This document shows, one piece after another, positions 19,775-28,939 of a stretch of 38,932 nt of DNA. The position numbers and the translations under genes were made by a program. The notes under the pieces were generated by a model that worked only from the letters and a program-made list of their open reading frames with translations, had not been told where the DNA came from and searched no databases. The stretch comes from Trichomonas gallinae (Eukaryota). Every line of letters starts with the position of its first letter. Positions within the stretch are counted from its first letter, which is position 1. The stretch is from assembly GCA_008369845.1 (NCBI GenBank), contig MRSU01011515.1:1-38932 (forward strand), in the 5' to 3' direction.

Positions 19775-22432
19775 ATGTTTCTGTTCGCCGCTTTCTCACG
19801 CGCTGCCGTTGATCACTATCAACTTGGCAACCGCCTTAGCGAAATTGGTATGAAGCAGCAGCCAAACGGTGGCTTCTCTGAGCAGGCCAACCAGGAGGCT
19901 AATGCCGAAACAACATATCACGCCATCTACCTTGGCTTCACATATGGTCTTTACCAGCACATGAACTTCCCGAACGCCCAGCGTTTCATCACATCCCTTC
20001 GTAACCGTGACGGTGGTGCCGGTATGGCCCCAGGCATGAAGTCCTCCGTCGAGGCTACATACTACTACTACAAGGCTGCTTCTGTCCTTATGCCAGGAGC
20101 TGTCGATGTTCCATCAATCATTGAATTCCTTAAGAACCATTACGATTCCAACTCTGGTCTTTTCCGTGACTCCAATGATGCTGATCCATCTGTTAAGGCT
20201 ACGCACTTCGCTTACCTCACCCTCCACAACAACGAGAACGAGCTCACATGGCTTAACACATTCGCCATCCGCAACTTCATCACAGACCACACACAGGATG
20301 ACCACTACGCTTTCGATGGTGTTGACACAATCGATGCCCAGATCTATGGTACATCCATCTCCAAGGCCATCTCCCTCTCCACAAACAACTACCGTGCTGA
20401 GCAGTACGTCAAGAAGATCATCATCGATGGTATCAAGGCTAAGAACATCTCCCTTTACACAATTGGCCGTGTTCTTTGCTCTGGCACTTCTGAGAACTAT
20501 CTTGAGATCCCAGGAGAAGTTAAGGAGTTCCTCCACGTCACAGAGTCCATCAACGATCTCTACTACCTCACACGCCTTCTTGCTCATGATGGCCAGTTCG
20601 AGAAGATGTTCGATGTTCAGCTCTACGCTATCACATCTGATGGCCAGGGTATCGATCTCTCCCGCAGCGGCCTCACACTCAACCAGGTTGTCCGCCCAGC
20701 TGCTTCTGTCCGCCTCCTCAAGCGCTTCATCAACCAGTTCGTTCAGGTCAACGTTTCTATCACATTAGGTGATGAGAAGACATCCGAGACTCACCTCGAA
20801 TTCGATGAGCGCTCTGGCATCTGGATCGGCGACCGCTTCACTCATGCTACAAAGCTTGGCCCAGTCACATTCGATGTTACAGCTTGGATGCCAATCCGCG
20901 ATGGCAACCAGGTCGATATGACAAAGAACATCCATGGCACAATCTCCCTCCCAGTCGATATCTCCTGCGAGGCTACAATCGGTGCTGATGAGCTCATCCC
21001 ACACGGTGCCATCCTTGAACCAGGTGCCGCTATCAAGTCCATCCTCCATGGCCGCTTCGAAGAAGGCATTGAAGTCGAAGAGAACACACTTGCCACATTC
21101 GCTGTCTACGACTCCTCTGATGCTCTCCTCTTCTACGACTCCAACGAGTTCAAGAACGACCACACATTCAACTATGTCTTCGATCCAAAGCACCCACTCC
21201 CAGATGGCCACATCAAGGTCTCTGTCGAAATCGGTGATCGCCAGCACGGCATCCACACACGCAAGGAATTCCGTTATGCTTACAAGGCTAACATGACAGT
21301 CGTTTCTTCCAACATTAAGAACACACCAAAGCTCGGTGAACTCCTCAAAGTTTCCCTTGTCCCAGGTGTCCTCAATGCTGAAGGAGTTGCTGAATTATTC
21401 AAGGACGAGAAGGACTTTGGCGACGATCTCCATGATGCTGCCTCCGAGTCATTCTACCCATCCGGTGTTGCTGAAGCCCAGAAGTATGCTATGCTCCTCA
21501 AGTGCGGCAATGCTGTTGCTAAGACAGTTGATGGTGAAGTTTCTGTCGTTGATGGCAGCCTCTCCGTCGAATTCGAAACAACAGTTGATGAGAACATCGA
21601 CCTTGCCACAGGCTTCACAATCGAGTTCAACTACAAGAACTCCGAGGGCTTCCTTGTTCCACTCCACATGGATCAGCCAATCGATGTCAAGCTTGACACA
21701 AACATCGTTGCCGAGTCCGTCAAGGGTTTCGACAAGCCAGCCAAGCTCACATACGGCCAGGCCATCAAGGCTGAACTCGTCGTTAAGGAGAAGAACATCG
21801 GCAAGACACTCCTCCCAGGTCTCGCCTTCCCAGTCATCATCCTCAAGAAGGAAGGCCGCGTCATCGCTGAGCGCACAGCTTCATGCGACCAGAAGGGTCT
21901 CGAGACACTCGAGTTCATCATCGATGCTTCCGTTCCAAAGGGTCAGGTCCAGGCTGAGATCGTCGTCCGCAAGGGTGATGAATACCTTCCACTCTTAGCT
22001 GATGGCAAGGCTCTTACACAGAAGTTCGACATCGAGGGTGACATCAAGTTTGATGCTAAGGTTGTCCAGACAGCTGATGCTATCACAATCGACTACACAA
22101 CACTCTTCAACGAGAAGGCCATCACAGGCGGCTTCTTCGTTGCTAAGCTTATGACACCAGACGGCCAAGTTGCTGCTACATACAATGCTGCCGCTGCCAC
22201 ATCAATGTCCCGTGTCTCCATCCCAACAAAGTACCTCCGTGGTGACTACACAGTCGATCTCTACCGCGCTGGCGATAACACAGCTGTTGTCTCCACAAAG
22301 GTCTCAGTCCAGTCCAAGGTTGCTGCCTGGTTCTCTGCCCTTCCAATCGAGACACTCGTTGTCGTTGCTGCCTTCGTCGTTTTCTGCTGGTCTGTTCATC
22401 TCAGAACACAGTTCCGCATCCGCAACATCTAA
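19775..22432 (+). CDS. Type I membrane protein with N-terminal prenyltransferase/squalene-oxidase-like repeats and multiple beta-rich domains (885 aa)
   Basis: Short signal-like MFLFAAFSRA. Three repeats QQPNGGF...ETTYHA, RNRDGGA...EATYYY, DSNSGLF...KATHFA. C-terminal TM LVVVAAFVVFCWSV. Very strong codon bias. Confidence 0.8.
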   Translation: MFLFAAFSRAAVDHYQLGNRLSEIGMKQQPNGGFSEQANQEANAETTYHAIYLGFTYGLYQHMNFPNAQRFITSLRNRDGGAGMAPGMKSSVEATYYYYKAASVLMPGAVDVPSIIEFLKNHYDSNSGLFRDSNDADPSVKATHFAYLTLHNNENELTWLNTFAIRNFITDHTQDDHYAFDGVDTIDAQIYGTSISKAISLSTNNYRAEQYVKKIIIDGIKAKNISLYTIGRVLCSGTSENYLEIPGEVKEFLHVTESINDLYYLTRLLAHDGQFEKMFDVQLYAITSDGQGIDLSRSGLTLNQVVRPAASVRLLKRFINQFVQVNVSITLGDEKTSETHLEFDERSGIWIGDRFTHATKLGPVTFDVTAWMPIRDGNQVDMTKNIHGTISLPVDISCEATIGADELIPHGAILEPGAAIKSILHGRFEEGIEVEENTLATFAVYDSSDALLFYDSNEFKNDHTFNYVFDPKHPLPDGHIKVSVEIGDRQHGIHTRKEFRYAYKANMTVVSSNIKNTPKLGELLKVSLVPGVLNAEGVAELFKDEKDFGDDLHDAASESFYPSGVAEAQKYAMLLKCGNAVAKTVDGEVSVVDGSLSVEFETTVDENIDLATGFTIEFNYKNSEGFLVPLHMDQPIDVKLDTNIVAESVKGFDKPAKLTYGQAIKAELVVKEKNIGKTLLPGLAFPVIILKKEGRVIAERTASCDQKGLETLEFIIDASVPKGQVQAEIVVRKGDEYLPLLADGKALTQKFDIEGDIKFDAKVVQTADAITIDYTTLFNEKAITGGFFVAKLMTPDGQVAATYNAAAATSMSRVSIPTKYLRGDYTVDLYRAGDNTAVVSTKVSVQSKVAAWFSALPIETLVVVAAFVVFCWSVHLRTQFRIRNI

Positions 22433-22818
22433 ACACATTATAACACATTTTAAGTAACTCTGTATTTTTTCTTGCTTTTAATCTTTAGAGAATGTTTTGA
22501 TTTATCACATGAATGAACAAAGATAATATGATAAAAAGCTGAAAACAGTACTAATATGATGCCTCAGTCTTATTATTTAATGTGTATGACATTTTGTTTC
22601 ATCCTTAATTTAAATTAAAGTTATTATTTTCAAAGTTTTACTCCATGTCGTAAGTGAAAGTATATATTATGATTTCGCTGTCAATACACATTTTCAAGGA
22701 TTACTGATGCGATTTAGAGTAATTTGAAAAAAATTATTTAATTTTGGAAGAAATGTTCATTTTTTATTGAGATATTTGTAGTTTTTCAGTGTGATGATGT
22801 AATGTCATTAAGATAAAA

Positions 22819-22826
22819 TCATTTTT
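22819..22826 (+). promoter_or_regulatory. Inr TCATTTTT
   Basis: Ends 5 nt before ATG 22832. Confidence 0.8.
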
Positions 22827-22831
22827 ATTAA

Positions 22832-24190
22832 ATGCTTAACTGGAAAGTTGAAAATTCAAATGCAATTGTTGGATATATTGATGATGAAGACTTAGAAATC
22901 AAGAAAGATGACAAAAATATGGAGACCAACTTAGAATTGAACCAACAGCTCGCTTTTGAAATAATGAAGCTTGATTCAGATAGAGAACCACTTGAAAACC
23001 TTATAGAAGTTGATCGACTATTGACATTTGTTCACTATAACATTGATGAATTGATATTTCAGTCAAATATTTTAGATTTTTTATTTGTTATTCTTCATGA
23101 TTCAGTGTCAACATCAGAATCAGAGCTAGTATTCCGTATCTTATCAAGAATAATCTCGTTATCTGATGTGTCTATTTTCAAAATTGCTAATTTTGTAGAT
23201 ACGCTAATTAAATTTATTTCAAGTCCAGTTCTGCTGTTGCATGTATTATCTATTCTTTGCACCATCATCAAATATGACGAACAGTTTTGCGATCAGTTAA
23301 TTTTATCAAATAATATTTTATCTTTGTGCTCAAGTTTGATGCTAATCACACCATCAATTGAAACAAGAGTACCACTGCTTACATTCATATTAATCATACT
23401 TAAAAAATCAAAAATTGTAACTTTACACACAGAAGTTGAAGGAAAAGAAGCCATAAGGATACCATTGCATGTGGTTAAACATTTTATAATGAATAGCATG
23501 TCAGTTTTACTATGTTTAAGAATATTTAATTTCATTCTTGGGAAATGGACCGGAGACTTTGTTCAACTTTTCGATACACAGTTTGTTAAGTGCTTGCTTA
23601 CTATTTGGAATCGAAGATTCCGAGAAAAATGGGAATTCAAATTATGCGGAGAAATTTGCCAAATTTGGAACGGAATAATCATCCAATTCCCTGAAGACTT
23701 TGTTAATAATAGATTGTATCAATATATAATAGAAGTTGCAAAAGATTTGACAGAAAATCCATTTCTTCAACATTCGAAGATATTATTTATGCTTTCAAAC
23801 GTTGCTTATTTCAGCCAGTCAGCGAATATGCTGATGACAAGCGGTATTATGGAGAAATACGCAGAGCACTACGAAGAAATGACTTTTGCAATGAAAGAAA
23901 ATTTCCTTTTTACTTTCGTGAATTCTTGTCTTTGTCATGCACTGCTTATCAACGATGATCCTCGGACAAGATTCTTCCTGGATGAGCTTTTCTCATTAGT
24001 GCAGTCTGATTGCTCAAAAGAATTAGTTTGGGTGATGCTGGAATTGCTAGATAATAATACTTACGAGATTTCGCTGCTTATAGATAAAGATGACGTCGTT
24101 GACATGCTCGCTACAATATGTGAAATAGATGATGAAAAAATATCAATAAGAGCATCAAACTTATTGACTGCAATCACTAATATAATGTAA
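22832..24190 (+). CDS. Hypothetical alpha-solenoid (ARM/HEAT-like) protein (452 aa)
   Basis: Leu/Ile-rich amphipathic helices such as ILFMLSNVAY and ISIRASNLL, with an Inr upstream. The fold is inferred. Confidence 0.7.
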   Translation: MLNWKVENSNAIVGYIDDEDLEIKKDDKNMETNLELNQQLAFEIMKLDSDREPLENLIEVDRLLTFVHYNIDELIFQSNILDFLFVILHDSVSTSESELVFRILSRIISLSDVSIFKIANFVDTLIKFISSPVLLLHVLSILCTIIKYDEQFCDQLILSNNILSLCSSLMLITPSIETRVPLLTFILIILKKSKIVTLHTEVEGKEAIRIPLHVVKHFIMNSMSVLLCLRIFNFILGKWTGDFVQLFDTQFVKCLLTIWNRRFREKWEFKLCGEICQIWNGIIIQFPEDFVNNRLYQYIIEVAKDLTENPFLQHSKILFMLSNVAYFSQSANMLMTSGIMEKYAEHYEEMTFAMKENFLFTFVNSCLCHALLINDDPRTRFFLDELFSLVQSDCSKELVWVMLELLDNNTYEISLLIDKDDVVDMLATICEIDDEKISIRASNLLTAITNIM

Positions 24191-24327
24191 TTTTAATGGT
24201 TAATTTTTACTTAGCAATTGCAAAATTTCAGTTGTAATACTTTCCGTATTTGTTATTTTTTTTTTCCTCGTTCATGGAATTTTGCCAGTTTAGAATTAAA
24301 TATGCAAAAAATATTAGTATATATGAT

Positions 24328-26784
24328 TTACATGACTATGAAGACAGCAAAGACATAATATTGTAGCGTGTAGTATGCAGAGCGGCATGTGACACGCTCA
24401 CATGATGAAAGAGAAATAGGAGGAACACCGGAGCGATATAGTTGAGAGCGGAATGATGAGGTCTTGTTCTGGAAGAGGATGCTGCCACAGTGAAGACTGC
24501 GACACCCAGAAAATGAGTTGTCACCAATAGAAACAACTGAGAGGGGGATGTTGATGTGCTTGAGGTTCACGCAGCCTGAAAATGCACTGCGCCCGATGCT
24601 AGTAACTGTGTTGTCTGGGATAAGGATAGTCTCGAGGTTCGCGCATCCGATGAAAGCACTGTCTGCGATGCTAGTGATGCTGTAGGCAAGCGCGAAGTAG
24701 CGCCCTGGTGAAGCGGGTGGGTAGATGATCATGCGGGTAAGGTCGGAGTTGTAGAGAGCACCATAGTCTGTCTTGAAGAATACATTATGGAATGGTACGA
24801 TCTCTCTGAATGAGAGACAACCTTCAAAAACACCAAAGTTGATGCTGCGAAGATGAGAATTGCTGCTGATGTTGATAGAAACTAGCATCTTGCACGATTT
24901 GAAGCACTGGATACCAAGTTCTTCGACACTGTCCGGGAGTGCAATCTTAGAAACGGAGATGTTGCTAAGTGAAAATGCGCCAATGGTGTTGATGTTAGAG
25001 GGAATCAGAATGTTGCTAAGCTTGACACAGTCTTTGAACATGCCGGTGCTAAGAGATGAGGTGCCAATAGTATTGCCATCAAATGTGACTGTCTCAAGGC
25101 CGCACGCGCAAAAGCAGTTTGACCCATACAAAACGATGTTGTTTGGAAGATTGACTGACTTCAGCTGAGTCAGCCCAAAAAATGATTCATCTGAGATTTT
25201 AACTGTGCTCGTGCAGTCGAATGTCAATGATGCGATCGATGTGCACTGATAGAATGATCTCGATCCGATTTCGAGGGGAACAGATGAGACGAATGAGACA
25301 GATGGGATGAGGTTGCAGTTGAGGAATGCACCCTCATCGACATTGGCGAATTCGCTCCCAAATGAAAGAGCGTTCGAAAACTTCGTGTTTGCAAAGGAGT
25401 AAGCGCCGATGGACTTGATGCTCGGAAAATCAAAGAACGTTGATAAACTGCGGCAGTTTTGGAATGCATACGACTCAATTCGTTCGAGTTGTGACTCGCC
25501 AGAACATCTGACTGATTTAATATCAGTTTTACCTTTGAATGCACCCGTTTTGATGGTTTTGACAGTAGATGGAATGTTGATAGTGTCTTTGCCTGAACCC
25601 AAATAAAGAGAAATGTATGTGTTGTCTTTGTCCATAAGCAGTAACTGCGAATCAATGTAAATAGAGGAATCTCCTCCGAATTCGAAATTAATATGCTGCG
25701 TAGTTGGGAAAACGTTGCCGCCAATCGTCTGAAGACTCTTTGGCAGTACAACATTTTGTAAATGATTGCATCCATAAAATGCATTGTCTTTAATCTCCTT
25801 TACGCTATCAGGGATTGTAATGTTAACGATTCCTGAACCTAAAAAAAGACCTTCTTCTATTGTTTGCAATGATGAAGGAAGTTTAATGGATTTTAGATTT
25901 GGCATGTCATAAAGTGATCTTTCACCAATCCTTGTTACTGTGTCAGGAATTGATATAGATCTAATATTAGAGTGACAAAATACATATGAAGAGATTGTAG
26001 TTGTCGAAGTAGGTAATGTTATTGAGTCCAAAGATGAAGAAATGAAAGCACCATATGCTATTTGTGTCACACCATCGGGGACGCTGAAATCACCTGTGAT
26101 TGCTGATGCAAAATAGATCAGTGAAGTTTTCTGATAATTTAAAACATATGAATTAGTTTCGTCAGTGGTAAAATTTAAATTTTCTTTGTCGACAATAATG
26201 GTTCTCAAATTCGTGTTGAGATTAAAAACAGTTCCTGTGAAATGCTGTAATGAAGCTGGAATGGTGAATGTTGTCAATGGACATTTAGCAAAAATATTGT
26301 TGCTCATTGACGTCAGTTTCGAATCAGGTGAAATAGTGACAGAATTTAATTTCAAACAATATCGAAATAATGAGTCTCCGAGAGTAATAACAGATGCGGG
26401 AATGTTGATAGATGTTAATAATGTTTCTTGAAATGCACTGGATTGGATGATTTCAAGACCTTCTGGCAATATAGCATTTGTCAAAGATGAGCATTGAGAA
26501 AATGCACATGAATTGATCGATCGAAGGAGAGAACATGGTGATAAATCAACAGTCTCAAGCTTAGTGCATTGATAAAATGCAAATATGCCAATCGAAACTA
26601 ATTTTGAGTTTTGTTGGCATCCAAAACTTTGCAAAGAGTTTCTGACTCTCTGGAAACAATACAATGTTTCAGTTCCATCAACGATCGTTTCGTATTTCGA
26701 ATCGAGAATGTAGTTCTTGGCATTTTCGTCTGTGACAAATTTAAGTTGTGTGTCTGAAGTTTTTCCTCTATCAAAAAATGACAC
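24328..26784 (-). CDS. BspA-like leucine-rich repeat (TpLRR/LRR_5) surface protein; 5' end defective, first in-frame ATG at 26307
   Basis: Many repeats of the LxxIxIPxSVxxIGxxAFxxCxx type. Cys-containing C-terminus ending in the hydrophobic tail YYVFAVFIVM. The ORF starts at GTG just after an in-frame TGA. Confidence 0.9.
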   Translation of the reverse strand: MSFFDRGKTSDTQLKFVTDENAKNYILDSKYETIVDGTETLYCFQRVRNSLQSFGCQQNSKLVSIGIFAFYQCTKLETVDLSPCSLLRSINSCAFSQCSSLTNAILPEGLEIIQSSAFQETLLTSINIPASVITLGDSLFRYCLKLNSVTISPDSKLTSMSNNIFAKCPLTTFTIPASLQHFTGTVFNLNTNLRTIIVDKENLNFTTDETNSYVLNYQKTSLIYFASAITGDFSVPDGVTQIAYGAFISSSLDSITLPTSTTTISSYVFCHSNIRSISIPDTVTRIGERSLYDMPNLKSIKLPSSLQTIEEGLFLGSGIVNITIPDSVKEIKDNAFYGCNHLQNVVLPKSLQTIGGNVFPTTQHINFEFGGDSSIYIDSQLLLMDKDNTYISLYLGSGKDTINIPSTVKTIKTGAFKGKTDIKSVRCSGESQLERIESYAFQNCRSLSTFFDFPSIKSIGAYSFANTKFSNALSFGSEFANVDEGAFLNCNLIPSVSFVSSVPLEIGSRSFYQCTSIASLTFDCTSTVKISDESFFGLTQLKSVNLPNNIVLYGSNCFCACGLETVTFDGNTIGTSSLSTGMFKDCVKLSNILIPSNINTIGAFSLSNISVSKIALPDSVEELGIQCFKSCKMLVSINISSNSHLRSINFGVFEGCLSFREIVPFHNVFFKTDYGALYNSDLTRMIIYPPASPGRYFALAYSITSIADSAFIGCANLETILIPDNTVTSIGRSAFSGCVNLKHINIPLSVVSIGDNSFSGCRSLHCGSILFQNKTSSFRSQLYRSGVPPISLSSCERVTCRSAYYTLQYYVFAVFIVM
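26774..26781 (-). promoter_or_regulatory. Inr TCATTTTT for the BspA locus
   Basis: Consensus Inr at the 5' end of the BspA frame, not followed by an in-frame ATG. Confidence 0.65.
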
Positions 26785-26909
26785 TTTTGGTCATTTTACA
26801 AAACCGTTTTTGTAAATTAATTTGGGGTCTTACACCAATTAAGTTTACAAAATCCGTTTTTTATTTATTTATTGAGGGGGCGACACCAAAAAATAAAAAA
26901 CAGACAATA

Positions 26910-26917
26910 AAAGTGAC
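26910..26917 (+). promoter_or_regulatory. AAAGTGAC (T. vaginalis motif-2-like upstream element)
   Basis: Exact 8-mer ending 7 nt before ATG 26925. Confidence 0.55.
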
Positions 26918-26924
26918 AATATAA

Positions 26925-28400
26925 ATGGAACAATTAAGCGAGAATAATTTTGACTCAGATCCGCCACCAAAAGAGGAAAAAGTAGCACCAAAGCAACAAG
27001 CAAAGAAAGGAAAAATCAGAAAAAGCAAAGAATACATAGAGTACGCAAAGAGTCGTCGCCAATATCTTACGAATCTTACAATGACTCCATCTTCGATATT
27101 ATTTATGCTCGAGACGAGTAACATTAAGACAGGTGTTCAAAGTAGAGGCACTCAACACCAACCAAGCCGCTTTGGATTATCTACACAAACTGATCCGATC
27201 ACATTTTCAACGACATCTGCACAGTTTCCGGACATACAACCAACGAAAAAGCAATATCCATCAACAATTCACTTCCTTAAAGCCGCTTCAGCAACAATTT
27301 CAGCATTATTAGATCAAGCAGAGTTTACTTCAACATCAGATTCAAAACAAGCACTCTCAAGAGTCAACAAATTCGCTACGAAAGGCGTCCCACTCAGTGT
27401 TGCCACAACAAAATCAAGAACCGTCGCGTTAGTTGAAGAATCTCCAGGAAACAAAACAATTTACGTCTGGAATGCACGATCATCGACAGCTAACTACCAG
27501 CTCATTTCCCCTTCAACGCCTACTTGCTTCTGCATTCACGATGATGCTCGTGTCGTAATCGCAGGAACAGAATCTGGCTCCATTCTTGCCTGGGATTTGC
27601 TGAAGAAAACGAAATCCGGGCAGAATGAAACTGTGTTGCAGCCAGTGTTTACGACAAATGACATGCCGCTGAAAAATCATATCGATTCCATCGTAGGCAT
27701 TTCAGTTTTCGGCAGGCGTGGCACTAGCGTTGTTTGCGCACTCGATGGATCTGCTGTAGCAACGTTTTGGCACATAAGGACAGAAAATGAAGAATTTACA
27801 TTATTTAAAGCAGAGACTGTTCGTTTAGCGCCATCTTACTTCCCAACATTTTCACTTGCTGTTGCTCCAAACTCTGTCGACAGCTTTTTAGTTGGCTGCG
27901 GCTGCTCTATTTGGAATTGCTCCAGATTCGGTAGTACAACATCACCGGCAACATATACAGCAAGTGCCGCAGTTAGATCCATAGCATTCTCTAAACTCAT
28001 TCCAACGCTATTTGCAGCTGGCCAAGACAATGGAAAACTTGCGATTTACGATATTCTCTCAGCTGAGCCTCTTCTTGAGTTCTGCGTTGATATATCGACT
28101 AGCGACTTAGCTGTAGTATGGTCTCCGAAGCGCGCGTCTGTCCTCTTCGTTGCAGCGACACAGACAATGAGACTGTTCATCTACGATCTTTCTAAAGACT
28201 TGAGGAAGCCTATCTACACTCACAAGGTTGGAAATGCAGCATACACGATCGATGCCGCTGACACAGAGAATGGTGTCATCCTCGCAATCGGCGAAGGCGA
28301 CAGCAGCGCTTCAGTTTTAAGAGTGCATCATTCCTTATCGAGTCCACTTTCTGACACTGAGCGCGACTCCTTCTTAATGCAATTGTATGGTTCTTATTGA
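26925..28400 (+). CDS. WDR60: WD40 protein, dynein-2 intermediate chain WDR60/DYNC2I1-like
   Basis: STQTD light-chain-binding-like motif, FLKAASATISALL, IAGTESGSILAWDL, PVFTT, ALDGSAVATFW and WSPKRASVLF...IYDL follow the WDR60 motif order as recalled. Confidence 0.75.
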   Translation: MEQLSENNFDSDPPPKEEKVAPKQQAKKGKIRKSKEYIEYAKSRRQYLTNLTMTPSSILFMLETSNIKTGVQSRGTQHQPSRFGLSTQTDPITFSTTSAQFPDIQPTKKQYPSTIHFLKAASATISALLDQAEFTSTSDSKQALSRVNKFATKGVPLSVATTKSRTVALVEESPGNKTIYVWNARSSTANYQLISPSTPTCFCIHDDARVVIAGTESGSILAWDLLKKTKSGQNETVLQPVFTTNDMPLKNHIDSIVGISVFGRRGTSVVCALDGSAVATFWHIRTENEEFTLFKAETVRLAPSYFPTFSLAVAPNSVDSFLVGCGCSIWNCSRFGSTTSPATYTASAAVRSIAFSKLIPTLFAAGQDNGKLAIYDILSAEPLLEFCVDISTSDLAVVWSPKRASVLFVAATQTMRLFIYDLSKDLRKPIYTHKVGNAAYTIDAADTENGVILAIGEGDSSASVLRVHHSLSSPLSDTERDSFLMQLYGSY

Positions 28401-28939
28401 AGTATTTTATGAATGTTGTAATATTGATAAATATGACTTATATATTATTTACATTTACCGTTAGGATAACAAATATATCATATCGACTAACATTTTATAT
28501 AATTAATTATGTAAATTGTTTGACGATTAGTTTGATAGTAAACTCATAAATAGACCATTTATTTAGTATAAGATTAAATCTACCGAAAATCTTCAAATTG
28601 AAGCCTAATATTATAAGAAATATATGATGCAGTCTATCAAGTATATACAAAGTATCAGTTTCCAAATTTGATCAATGATGACATGTTTTTTCTTGTGCTG
28701 ACAATCTATTTCAGGAATAAGTATCAGAAACTTTGACAAGTGAATTAAAAATGCCTTTCCAAAACAAAATAAGCGATATATTGTATTCATGTGAGTCAAG
28801 ATATTATTCAATGATTAATTACTTTTCCTCAGTGCTAGATCTTTTAAAAAAGCAAAATGTTTTTGATAGAACATAAATATACAAACATTTTAAAATACAA
28901 AAACAAAAAACAATAATATTAAATAACAAAAAACAAATA

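Noticed and set aside
20106..22457. Long overlapping ORFs of up to 221 aa on both strands inside the 19775-22432 gene
   Set aside because: Shadow frames produced by extreme codon bias. The translations are Ser/Thr-rich or antisense-like.
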